Program-made: the position numbers and the translations under genes
Notes under the pieces: generated by a model
What the model saw: the letters and a program-made list of their open reading frames with translations, nothing else
Told to the model about the DNA's origin: nothing
Databases searched by the model: none
Assembly (NCBI GenBank): GCA_039680575.1
Contig: JBDKSP010000050.1
Coordinates: forward strand, 10,535 to 74,534
From: Armatimonadota bacterium
GTDB taxonomy: Bacteria; Armatimonadota; UBA5829; DTLH01
Direction: 5' to 3'
Length of the DNA stretch: 64,000 nt
In this document: piece by piece, positions 36,687-45,831 of the stretch
Layout of the letters: each line of letters opens with the position of its first letter
How positions within the stretch are numbered: the stretch's first letter is position 1

Positions 36687-37726
36687 GACTCATTCTGGAA
36701 TACGTACGCGAAGGACGAAATTATCTGATAACACTCCTGGTGCTGATCGTTCTGGTGCTGGGTTCGCTTTTTTATCTCGGAGCGCCGGTCGGAGGCAGCA
36801 CGGCTCCGGTTATGGTTATTGTGCCGAAAGGCGCGACTGCCGCAGAGGTCGGCAGCAGACTTAAGGAAACCGGCCTGGTGCGGTCCGCGCTTGGTTTCAG
36901 TGTAATTGCACGCGCCTGCGAGGAGGCCGGTAAGCTAAAACCGGGCGAATACCGGTTCAACAGGTCGATGTCGGTCCGGCGGATGCTGGATGCGATGGTC
37001 CGTGGCGATATCGCCGCTGTGTGGGTCACTGTCCCGGAAGGGTTTACGGCGCAGCAGTTGGCCAAGCGGCTGGCGGACAAGCGGTTGGTGAATGAAAGCG
37101 AGTTTCTGACGATTGTTACCGCCTGTGCAGGAGACTTTAAGGATATAGTCTTAGTGCCTTCTTCGGGGCTCGAAGGTTATCTGTTCCCGGACACTTATCT
37201 GGTCCCGCTGAATGCCGGCTCACGAGAGATCGTCACGCAGATGCTCAAGGCCTTCAAGTCGCGGGTGGCCGATCCCTTATCTCCTGAGATTGAGCAGATC
37301 GCCGCCGGCGCTGATGCTGAATCAAAAGGGCAGGCGCTGAACAGGATCATAATCGTGGCTTCCCTGATAGAGCGTGAAGCGCGGGTTCCCAAGGACCGCG
37401 CCCTTATCTCCGCAGTCATCTGGAACAGGCTGCGGATCGGCATGAAGCTCGATATAGACGCTACTGTGCAATATGCGCTGGGAGAGCATCGGGAACGCTT
37501 GTATAACAAAGACCTTGCCGTCGAATCTCCATATAATACTTATACTCACCCCGGCCTGCCTCCGGGACCGATTGCAAATCCCGGTATCGAGTCCATTAAA
37601 GCCGCGCTTCATCCTGAAAAGGTCGATTATCTCTACTATGTCGCCCGGTCGGATGGCTCTCATATCTTCTCAAAAACGCTTTCTGAACATGATGCCGCCA
37701 GACGGCGCGTAAGAAATGGAGGCTGA
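36683..37726 (+). CDS. mltG: Endolytic transglycosylase MltG
   Basis: TM anchor, TVPEG, LEGYLFPDTY, ASLIERE, SPYNTY, GLPPGPIANPG. Confidence 0.93.
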   Translation: MRLILEYVREGRNYLITLLVLIVLVLGSLFYLGAPVGGSTAPVMVIVPKGATAAEVGSRLKETGLVRSALGFSVIARACEEAGKLKPGEYRFNRSMSVRRMLDAMVRGDIAAVWVTVPEGFTAQQLAKRLADKRLVNESEFLTIVTACAGDFKDIVLVPSSGLEGYLFPDTYLVPLNAGSREIVTQMLKAFKSRVADPLSPEIEQIAAGADAESKGQALNRIIIVASLIEREARVPKDRALISAVIWNRLRIGMKLDIDATVQYALGEHRERLYNKDLAVESPYNTYTHPGLPPGPIANPGIESIKAALHPEKVDYLYYVARSDGSHIFSKTLSEHDAARRRVRNGG

Positions 37727-37728
37727 CT

Positions 37729-38283
37729 CTGAAAAAGCTGATAGACATCCTCTGTCCGGGGATGTACGTCTCATCTCTCGCGGATGTAGACCTGGATGAC
37801 CTGGTCTCACGCGGGATCAAGGCTATTATGCTTGATCTGGACAATACGATCCTGCCCTGGAAGGACCGTATTGCGCCCGTACAGTCAGCTGAATGGGTTC
37901 GAAATGCGCTGGACCTGGGAATCAAGCTCTGTATAGCCTCAAATACCCGCAATCCCGGAAGACTTCGCGCTGTAGCCGGGGAATTGGGGATACCCTGCAG
38001 GGATAAGCTCATCAAACCCAGGAGAAAAGGGCTGCGTGAGGTTATGGAATCGATGGGAGCGACTCCTGAGACGACCGCTATAATCGGAGACCAGATATTG
38101 ACGGATATAATAGGGGGGAACAGGCTCTCTATTCTGACGATCCTTGTAAAACCGATGCATGATAAAGAGTTTATCGGGACCAAGTTCAGCAGACTGCTGG
38201 AACACCGGATAATGGCATGGCTTTCGAAGAAAGGCATGCTTGGAACAAAGGTGTCGAACAAAGCGTCTGAAATACAGGAATAA
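37729..38283 (+). CDS. yqeG: YqeG family HAD IIIA phosphatase
   Basis: DLDNT, SN, KP, IGDQILTDIIGGNR. Start is either CTG 37729 (GGAGG 6 nt upstream) or ATG 37762. Confidence 0.88.
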   Translation: MKKLIDILCPGMYVSSLADVDLDDLVSRGIKAIMLDLDNTILPWKDRIAPVQSAEWVRNALDLGIKLCIASNTRNPGRLRAVAGELGIPCRDKLIKPRRKGLREVMESMGATPETTAIIGDQILTDIIGGNRLSILTILVKPMHDKEFIGTKFSRLLEHRIMAWLSKKGMLGTKVSNKASEIQE

Positions 38284-38286
38284 AAG

Positions 38287-39144
38287 GTGTTCGTATCAGG
38301 CAAGACTAAGGTTTTTGGAGTGTTCGGCCACCCGGTCGGACACAGTCTGTCTCCGGCGATGCATAACGCCGCTATCGAGTCTCTTGGCCTGAATTATGTT
38401 TATGTTCCGTTCGATGTGACGCCTGAGTATCTTCCGCAGGCTCTTTCAGGGGTCCGCGCACTTGGAGTATCAGGCGTTAATGTTACGATACCTCATAAAG
38501 AGGCTGTGATCGAGCTTCTTGACGAGGTTGTGGGCGATGCCCGCGAAGTCGGTTCGGTCAATACGATAATCAATATTGATGGAAGACTGACAGGAACCAG
38601 CACCGATGGAGCCGGTTTTTTAAGATCGCTCGAAGGATCGGGGTTTTCCCCCAAAGGAAAGACCGCGGTCGTTATTGGAGCCGGTGGGTCCGGCAGAGCG
38701 GTAACATTTGCATTGGCAAAAGCCGGAGCAAAAGTAACGGTATTTAGCCGATCATTGACAAAGGCTGAACGGCTGGCGGAGGATATCAGGTCTCTGGGCA
38801 TGGAGTGCTGTGCAGGAGATATTTCCAGTCTCCAATCTTCCGGTTCGGGGCTTGAAACTGATTTACTGGTGAATTGCACGCCGGTCGGAATGTATCCCGA
38901 CAGCGGGAAGACACCTGTTCCGGCGGAAGTGCTTAGGCGAGGTATTGTTGTATGCGATCTCGTATATAACCCGGTCAAGACCCCCCTCCTCGAAGCCGCG
39001 GAAGCCAGAGGGGCGCGAACCGTAAGCGGGCTCGATATGCTTGTTTACCAGGGAGCGTTGTCATTTAAGATATGGACGGGTATCGAACCTTCGATCCATA
39101 CGATGAAAGCCGCTCTTATGAAGCGGCTGGGCAGCAGTAGGTAA
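38287..39144 (+). CDS. aroE: Shikimate dehydrogenase
   Basis: GHPVGHSLSPAMHN, NVTIPHK, SVNT, TDG, GAGG, NCTPVGM, DLVYNP, GLDMLVYQG. Confidence 0.95.
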   Translation: MFVSGKTKVFGVFGHPVGHSLSPAMHNAAIESLGLNYVYVPFDVTPEYLPQALSGVRALGVSGVNVTIPHKEAVIELLDEVVGDAREVGSVNTIINIDGRLTGTSTDGAGFLRSLEGSGFSPKGKTAVVIGAGGSGRAVTFALAKAGAKVTVFSRSLTKAERLAEDIRSLGMECCAGDISSLQSSGSGLETDLLVNCTPVGMYPDSGKTPVPAEVLRRGIVVCDLVYNPVKTPLLEAAEARGARTVSGLDMLVYQGALSFKIWTGIEPSIHTMKAALMKRLGSSR

Positions 39145-39300
39145 GAGTTCACTCTTGCAAGAATTATATATCATCCTGAACAATCAGCACGTCACCCTGA
39201 ACTTGATTCAGGGTCCATAATCTTCCTGGATTCCGAGTCAAGCTCGGAATGACGTTGTGATAATTCAGCATGATGTTGTAATCATCAACCTGAACTCTTA
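39141..39300 (-). mobile_element. MITE-like element family A, copy 3 (most complete)
   Basis: Perfect 10 bp terminal inverted repeat taagagttca (39142-39151) / tgaactctta (39291-39300). Two internal hairpins: ccctgaa-cttga-ttcaggg and attccgag-tcaag-ctcggaat. Confidence 0.8.
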
Positions 39301-39480
39301 TAGCAGTAGCCGGTAGAGACTGTTTAATGCTATAATCTATAATTAATGGCTCATATTTACCGCAGGCTACTGTGGATAACCATATCGAAGGTTCTGCCCC
39401 GGGATACGCATGGCGCAAAAGGGAGTTCCTTTTGTTCCGTTGATTTTTATCTTCGAGGGGTATGGAGAGGTGCTTAAGCA

Positions 39481-41238
39481 ATGGTAATGGCGAGAAAAGA
39501 TCTGGGCGAGGTGCTCGTCGCTAAGAAATTAATCACGGCGGAGGAGCTTGCTCAGGCGCGGGAAGCACAGCGCAGCGCGCCTGGTGATATCGGTCGGATC
39601 ATAATCGACCTTGGCTTTGCCGGTGATAGAGACGTTATAAAGGCCAAGGCTGAAGTCTTGGGAATGCAGTTTGTCGATCTTTCTACGCAGAAAATCGATG
39701 AATCGACCGCCACCTCGATCCCCGAACGTATCTCCAAACAGCATAAACTTATCGCCATAGGCAAAGCTGGCGGGAAGTTGATTGTCGCCATGTCCGACCC
39801 CGGCAACCCGATGGCACTTCAGGATGTCAGACTCGTAGTGGGCGGCACCCAGTTAATGACCGTTCTTGCGACCGAAGACGATGTAGATGATGCGATTCGC
39901 CGTATCTACAAGGCAACATCGGACAACGGGGCTGTGGTTCCCGTGGCGAACGCTCCGACTAACGGCGGAGGGGGAATATCTTCGATCAGCGAAGCGATCG
40001 CTACTTACGGCGCGCGCGAAGAGATGGCGGACGACGATGAAAACCAGGTCCGCCAGGCCGCTGAGGAAGCGCCGATTATCCGTATTGCCCACACCATTAT
40101 CCAGCAGGCGATCCGCGATGCATCGAGTGATATTCACGTAGAGCCGGACCGGCGAGGCGTGCGTGTCCGTTATAGAATTGACGGCGTCCTGCATGAAGTC
40201 ATGCCGCTCCCTAAATATATCCAGGCTCCTCTCATCTCGCGCCTCAAGATTATGGCTGATATGAACATCGCCGAGCGGAGAGTCCCTCAGGACGGGCGTA
40301 TTCCGATCCGCTGGGAGAACAAAGACTACGACCTTCGTGTCTCCTGCCTCCCCACCATTCACGGCGAAAAGATCGTTATGAGAGTCCTCGATAAATCGAG
40401 TGTTCTCCTTGGCTTGAACAAGCTCGGGTTTACACCGGAGACGCAGGCTCAGATAGATGAGATCACACAGCAGCCGAACGGTATGTTCCTTTCGACAGGA
40501 CCGACAGGAAGCGGAAAGACAACCACGCAGTATTCCGTTCTGCACAAGATCAATACGGTCGATAAAAACATTATTACGGTTGAAGACCCTGTCGAGTACC
40601 AGTTAAGCGGGATATCCCAGGTGCATGTAAACAGAAAAGCAGGGCTTACGTTCTCCAGTGCGCTCAGATGTTTCCTGAGGCAGGACCCTGACATCATCAT
40701 GGTCGGTGAAATCCGAGACCTTGAGACGGCTGAGGTCGCTGTCGAAGCAGCGCTTACAGGACACCTTCTTCTTTCGACGCTTCACACGAATGATGCTCCT
40801 TCGTGTGTTATCAGGCTTGTGGATATGGGTGTCGAACCATTCCTTATCTCGGCGACGATCATCGGAGTCCTTGCACAGAGACTTGCGAGAAGGGTTTGCC
40901 AGAACTGCAAGACCAGTTACACCATAGCTGCAAAGGAACTCAGGCGGTTCGGAATGAAGACCGAGGACCCCGAAGCGCCGATTACACTCTACCGGGGCAC
41001 GGGATGCGAAATGTGCAGGCAGACAGGTTACAAAGGCCGGGTTGGTATTTACGAATTGATGAGAATGAACGACGAGATAGCCGAGCTTGTCGTAAGACGC
41101 GCTCCGCTCGCCGATGTCCGTGAAGCTGCCAAGGCAAACGGTATGCATGAGCTTCGCGAAGATGGACTCGTAAAGGTCCTTGAAGGTTTGACGACCCCGG
41201 ATGAGATTATGAGAGTAGTCTTCACAGCGGGACATTAA
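39481..41238 (+). CDS. pilB: Type IV pilus assembly ATPase PilB (GspE family)
   Basis: SDIHVEP, ERRVPQDGR, GPTGSGKTTT, EDPVE, RQDPDIIMVGEIRD, TLHTNDA, tetracysteine Zn motif. Confidence 0.93.
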   Translation: MVMARKDLGEVLVAKKLITAEELAQAREAQRSAPGDIGRIIIDLGFAGDRDVIKAKAEVLGMQFVDLSTQKIDESTATSIPERISKQHKLIAIGKAGGKLIVAMSDPGNPMALQDVRLVVGGTQLMTVLATEDDVDDAIRRIYKATSDNGAVVPVANAPTNGGGGISSISEAIATYGAREEMADDDENQVRQAAEEAPIIRIAHTIIQQAIRDASSDIHVEPDRRGVRVRYRIDGVLHEVMPLPKYIQAPLISRLKIMADMNIAERRVPQDGRIPIRWENKDYDLRVSCLPTIHGEKIVMRVLDKSSVLLGLNKLGFTPETQAQIDEITQQPNGMFLSTGPTGSGKTTTQYSVLHKINTVDKNIITVEDPVEYQLSGISQVHVNRKAGLTFSSALRCFLRQDPDIIMVGEIRDLETAEVAVEAALTGHLLLSTLHTNDAPSCVIRLVDMGVEPFLISATIIGVLAQRLARRVCQNCKTSYTIAAKELRRFGMKTEDPEAPITLYRGTGCEMCRQTGYKGRVGIYELMRMNDEIAELVVRRAPLADVREAAKANGMHELREDGLVKVLEGLTTPDEIMRVVFTAGH

Positions 41239-41319
41239 AAGAGGTATTTGGTGCGGGTGCAGGAACTGTAAATACCGCACTTTGAACTCTGAACTTTTCT
41301 TAGTCGGAGGCAATAGGGA

Positions 41320-42516
41320 TTGGAACAGCAGATAACAAACCAGGCGCAGCAGATTCCGCCGGAGCAGGCTGCGCAGATAGATCAGGCTCAAAGCGCGAAC
41401 AAGCCGATTGAGTTAGGCGATACGCATGTCGATGAGCTTCTCAGGATTGTAGTAGAGAAAGGCGCGTCGGACCTGCATCTTTGCGTGGGGGTGCCGCCGA
41501 TCATCCGCGTCGATGGTCAGCTTCTTCCGCTTAACTATACAAAGATCGAGTCCATCCAATGCCAGAGGATCATGTATGATATTCTCTCTGACGAGCAGAT
41601 ACAGCGGTTTGAAGAGAATCTTGAACTTGACCTTTCCTACGCATTTGGTAAGGTTGCGCGCTTCCGTGTCAATGTGTATCGCGACAAAGGTTCTGTTGCC
41701 GGAGCTTTCAGGTTGATCCCGACCAAAATTCCGACCCTAAAAGACCTGGGGCTTCCTTTGGTCCTGGAGGACCTTACCCGAAAACCCAGAGGTATGATTA
41801 TTGTTACCGGACCGACTGGAAGCGGCAAGTCTACATCGCTTGCGGCTATGATCAACCAGATGAATAATGAGCGAAGCTGCCACATTATTACAATCGAAGA
41901 CCCTGTCGAGTATCTGCATCAACATAAGTATTGTATCATCAACCAGCGCGAGGTCGGGCAGGACACGCATGAGTTCGCAAATGCTCTGAGGGCTGCCCTT
42001 CGAGAAGACCCTGACGTGATCCTGGTCGGTGAGATGCGAGACCTGGAGACAATGTCTAATGCGATCCGTGCTGCGGAAACCGGCCACCTTGTATTTGCCA
42101 CTCTGCACACAAACAGCGCCGCATCGACAGTCGACAGGATCGTCGATTCATTCCCTGCAAACCAGCAGGATCAGATACGATTAATGCTTTCGAACAGCTT
42201 GGAAGCCGTCCTCTGCCAGCAGCTCATGCCGAGAGCTGGTATGCCCGGACGAGTCTGTGCGATGGAAATTATGATCGCTACTCCTGCTATTCGAAACCTT
42301 ATTCGAGAGGCGAAGAGCCATCAGATTACGTCCATTATCCAGACCAGCGCCAACGTGGGTATGCAGACGATGGACCAGCACTTGAGAGAGCTTTATCATA
42401 AAGGCGCCATCACTTATGACGACGCCATGACACGTGCCATGAATCCTGAAGAGCTCAAGAAGATGATTGCCGCTCCAATGTCGACAGATGTGCCGAACGG
42501 CATGAACAGAAGATAG
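41320..42516 (+). CDS. pilT: Type IV pilus retraction ATPase PilT
   Basis: ASDLHL, GPTGSGKSTSLA, LREDPDVILVGEMRD, AIRNLIRE, GMQTMD. Confidence 0.95.
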   Translation: MEQQITNQAQQIPPEQAAQIDQAQSANKPIELGDTHVDELLRIVVEKGASDLHLCVGVPPIIRVDGQLLPLNYTKIESIQCQRIMYDILSDEQIQRFEENLELDLSYAFGKVARFRVNVYRDKGSVAGAFRLIPTKIPTLKDLGLPLVLEDLTRKPRGMIIVTGPTGSGKSTSLAAMINQMNNERSCHIITIEDPVEYLHQHKYCIINQREVGQDTHEFANALRAALREDPDVILVGEMRDLETMSNAIRAAETGHLVFATLHTNSAASTVDRIVDSFPANQQDQIRLMLSNSLEAVLCQQLMPRAGMPGRVCAMEIMIATPAIRNLIREAKSHQITSIIQTSANVGMQTMDQHLRELYHKGAITYDDAMTRAMNPEELKKMIAAPMSTDVPNGMNRR

Positions 42517-42638
42517 TACAAAAAGTTTCGTAGTCCGAGTCCGTGAAGGTTTGCAAGCTGTAAGGCCAGCCTTTGTCCGTAGTTTATACCTGTGAAACCA
42601 CGGATTAGGAATACGAATCAGGATAGGGGTGAAGGCGT

Positions 42639-43865
42639 ATGCCAAATTTTGCATACACAGTACGTGATGCAAACGGGAACCAGATTCCCGGGACGGTCGA
42701 GGCCGAAAGTGAAGGACTGTTAAGGCGGAGGCTGACCGAGCAGGGATTTACGGTCGTCGACATCAAAGAGACCAAAGGCGGTAAGAAAAAGAACGCCGGC
42801 GGAGGGTTCGGACGGATAAAACTGAACGACCTTTCGGTCTTTTGTCGCCAGTTTTCCACCATGATCGATGCCGGTGTGTCGATGGTCAGGTGCCTGTCCG
42901 TCCTTGCGGAGCAGACGGTAAACCCGAAGCTCAAAAGGATCATCAACGACCTGCAAATGGAAGTGGAAGCAGGCCAGCAGCTTTCGAACGCGATGAGTAA
43001 GTATCCGAACGTGTTCTCTAACCTGTTTATCGGTCTGATCCGGGCAGGCGAAGTCGGTGGTGTTCTTGAGGAAAGCTTACAGAGGCTTTCGCAGTTCCTT
43101 GAAGGCGACATGGAACTGCGGCGAAAGGTCAAGTCGGCGATGACTTATCCGGTTATCGTTATGATCGTGGCTATCGGTATCGTAATCGGTCTGGTTACGT
43201 TCATCCTGCCTAAGTTTATGTCTCTGTTCGATGACCTCGGTGTCAAAGAGTTTCCTGCGCCTACGAGAATGCTGATGTCATTCAGTAACTTCCTGACCAG
43301 CAAGTGGTATATCATGATTATATGCCTGACGGTATTTGTTATCGCTTTCAGGTTGTTTGTCAAGTCGAAGGCCGGCAGGCGCATTTATGACAGGTTTAAA
43401 CTGAAAGCCCCGGTCTTTGGAAAGCTGAATCACAAAATAGTCCTTGCCAGGTTCTCGAGAACGCTTGGGACACTGCTTGCTTCGGGGGTCCCGATCCTGC
43501 AGGCTCTTGAAACGGTTGCGGGAACAGTCTCGAATGAGATCGTAAGCGATGCCATACTTGAAGCAAGGGCAAGGATTCGGGAAGGTGACCGGATCGGAGA
43601 CCCACTGCAGAGAAGTAAGCTGTTCCCTCCGATGGTCGTCCAGATGATCTCCATTGGTGAGGAGTCCGGCGCGCTCGATCCGATGCTCCATAAAGTCGCT
43701 GAGTTCTATGAGGCTGAGGTCGATGCGGCGCTTGACAGTCTTACGGCGACTATCGAGCCTGTTATGATCGTATTCCTCGGAGGGGCGGTAGGGTTTATTG
43801 TTATATCGATCTTTCTGCCGCTTATCGCAGTAATTCAGAGTCTTGCTGGCGCAGGGTCGGAGTAA
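42639..43865 (+). CDS. pilC: Type IV pilus platform protein PilC (GspF family)
   Basis: FCRQFSTMIDAG, AGEVGG, SAMTYP, GEESGALD, IEP. Confidence 0.93.
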   Translation: MPNFAYTVRDANGNQIPGTVEAESEGLLRRRLTEQGFTVVDIKETKGGKKKNAGGGFGRIKLNDLSVFCRQFSTMIDAGVSMVRCLSVLAEQTVNPKLKRIINDLQMEVEAGQQLSNAMSKYPNVFSNLFIGLIRAGEVGGVLEESLQRLSQFLEGDMELRRKVKSAMTYPVIVMIVAIGIVIGLVTFILPKFMSLFDDLGVKEFPAPTRMLMSFSNFLTSKWYIMIICLTVFVIAFRLFVKSKAGRRIYDRFKLKAPVFGKLNHKIVLARFSRTLGTLLASGVPILQALETVAGTVSNEIVSDAILEARARIREGDRIGDPLQRSKLFPPMVVQMISIGEESGALDPMLHKVAEFYEAEVDAALDSLTATIEPVMIVFLGGAVGFIVISIFLPLIAVIQSLAGAGSE

Positions 43866-43870
43866 GCTTA

Positions 43871-44740
43871 GTGCATTTTTGGTTTTGGGCGCTCGTGGTA
43901 TTTGTTTATGGCGCTGTGATCGGCAGCTTTTTGAATGTCTGTATCTACCGGATGCCGATAGAACAGTCGATCATCAATCCGCCGTCGCACTGTCCAATGT
44001 GCAATAAAAAGCTTAGATGGATCGATAATATTCCGCTTTTGAGCTTTTTAATGCTCGGGCGCAAATGCCGCTACTGCGGCGCGCCGATAAGCTGGCGGTA
44101 TTTTATTGTAGAGCTGATTACAGGGCTTATATCCGTGGCGCTTTTCGCCGAATATGGTTTTACGGTCAATTTCTTTCTCTATGCGCTCTTTACGGCTGCG
44201 CTGATAGCTGTGTTTTTTATCGACCTGGAACACTGGGTCATTCCAGACCAGCTTTCGGTGTGGTTCGGAATGAGCATAGGAGTGGTTCGAGACATTTACG
44301 GACTAGTGATGCATGAGGAGGGGCATACCCTCCTCCATATTCCGATACCATTTACCGGTGTCGAGGTCCCTATGTTGTGGTCTGTCGCCGGATTGTTTAT
44401 ATGTGGCGGCATATTTTTAGCTATAGCGGAACTGGGCACGAGAGCTTTCAAAAAGGAGGCGATGGGCGGCGGTGATGTCAAACTTGCCGGTGCGATCGGT
44501 GCAGTCTTTTGCGGGGCTGTTACGAGCGGCTTAGGGCTGGGGTTGGCGTTATTGTCGTTTTTCATCGCCGTTTTTGCAGGCAGTATTATAGGGATCAGGT
44601 GGATGATAGCACATAAAGGGCAGGAAAACAGCAGCACGCTGCCGTTCGGCCCGATGATGGTCAGCGGCGTGCTTATCACGCTGTTCTTTGGAACGCAAAT
44701 AATTGAGTGGTATCTGAGGTATCTTCAGCACAGGCTTTAG
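43871..44740 (+). CDS. pilD: Prepilin peptidase
   Basis: GSFLNVCIYR, SHCPMC...KCRYC, IDL, MGGGDVKL, LPFGP. Confidence 0.93.
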   Translation: MHFWFWALVVFVYGAVIGSFLNVCIYRMPIEQSIINPPSHCPMCNKKLRWIDNIPLLSFLMLGRKCRYCGAPISWRYFIVELITGLISVALFAEYGFTVNFFLYALFTAALIAVFFIDLEHWVIPDQLSVWFGMSIGVVRDIYGLVMHEEGHTLLHIPIPFTGVEVPMLWSVAGLFICGGIFLAIAELGTRAFKKEAMGGGDVKLAGAIGAVFCGAVTSGLGLGLALLSFFIAVFAGSIIGIRWMIAHKGQENSSTLPFGPMMVSGVLITLFFGTQIIEWYLRYLQHRL

Positions 44741-44887
44741 AATATTCAGGGAACAGATAGGGCTACGGACAAGTCTCACAATTACGGTATTCCACTGGTT
44801 TTGGGACGATGGTGTCCCAAAACTCAATAGGTAGTTATATTAATAGGATATCTTGATTCAGTCGTTACGGGCTTGGAGGGATGAAAT

Positions 44888-45646
44888 ATGAAAACGATGC
44901 GCGGTAAGCAGGGATTCAGCCTGGTGGAACTCCTCACGGTAATCGCGATCATTGCGATACTTTCGGCGATTATTTTCCCGGTAATGGGAGCCGTGAAAAA
45001 CAGGGCTAAACAGGTCCAGTGCATGACTAACCTGCATGATCTGGCTATAGCGATCAAGATGTACCAGCAGGACAACAGGCGGTACCCGGATTCTCTCGCA
45101 GGTATCACCGAGTATAAAGATGGTGCGATTCTTCCGCTGGAACATGCCAGAAATGGCGGTGGGCTGTATCCAGAGTATATCAAGGCTGTCAAAGGTTTTC
45201 ACTGCCCGCTGGCGGTAACTTCATCGACCACAGCGGCAGTTAGGGTGACTAAAGCTGACGGCCTAACATACGAGTACTACGCATACAGCAGCTATGATAT
45301 ATACACCCAGGGAGTAGTAAACGGCACTGCCGTGGCGAACTATCCTTTGGATATGCGGTATACCACCAGGTGGGCTAACACCGAGGCTGATGTAGACAAT
45401 TACAAGGCAGCATCGAGCAATCCCGATCGTACTTATGATTACAAAAGGCAGCTAAGGTTCCGCAATCCGTCCGATGATACCATCGTGACCTGGTGCAGCT
45501 ATCACGAACGCCAGGGTGACAAAAAGTCGATGGTCCCGGTGCTGTTCCTGGACGGACATGCAGATATGATTTCAGCGGCTATCGTAGAAGGGTCTGATAC
45601 TACCGGCGATCCAGGATGCCGCTGGAGGACTGAGAGCAATAAATAG
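44888..45646 (+). CDS. Prepilin-type N-methylation protein with C-terminal H...LFLDGH motif
   Basis: QG|FSLVELLTVIAIIAILSAIIFPV, CMTNL, FHCP, YH...VLFLDGHA. Confidence 0.85.
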   Translation: MKTMRGKQGFSLVELLTVIAIIAILSAIIFPVMGAVKNRAKQVQCMTNLHDLAIAIKMYQQDNRRYPDSLAGITEYKDGAILPLEHARNGGGLYPEYIKAVKGFHCPLAVTSSTTAAVRVTKADGLTYEYYAYSSYDIYTQGVVNGTAVANYPLDMRYTTRWANTEADVDNYKAASSNPDRTYDYKRQLRFRNPSDDTIVTWCSYHERQGDKKSMVPVLFLDGHADMISAAIVEGSDTTGDPGCRWRTESNK

Positions 45647-45664
45647 CCGGTGGCAGGCCATCAG

Positions 45665-45693
45665 TGGACCCTGAATCGAGTTCAATATGACGT
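45665..45693 (+). repeat. Remnant of family A element (second hairpin)
   Basis: tggaccctgaatcgagttcaatatgacgt vs tggaccctgaatcaagttcagggtgacgt in copy 3. Confidence 0.55.
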
Positions 45694-45831
45694 CTTGGCC
45701 GGTTTAATAAGAAGTGGTTTGTCCAGAGTGATGCGCTGTTTATTTAGAGTGATGTGAGTGGCGTATAAGGGTGAATTGTTACTCATAGAGTATTACTGAT
45801 AAAGCGAGTAATGCTCAACTGGGAGTTGATT

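Noticed and set aside
39360..39445. Possible c-di-GMP-I riboswitch upstream of pilB (ggcgcaaa)
   Set aside because: Lacks the GGCAAA-P2 GNRA stem arrangement; only a short caaaagg/ccttttg hairpin is supportable.
39164..39481. 105 aa minus ORF; also small ORFs at 10064-10399, 22374-22664, 26119-26313 and 33872-34087
   Set aside because: These read through palindromic repeat elements or promoter DNA and show no protein-like features.
41281..41300. tgaactctgaactt resembling the family A end
   Set aside because: Match is too short (~13 nt) to distinguish from chance.
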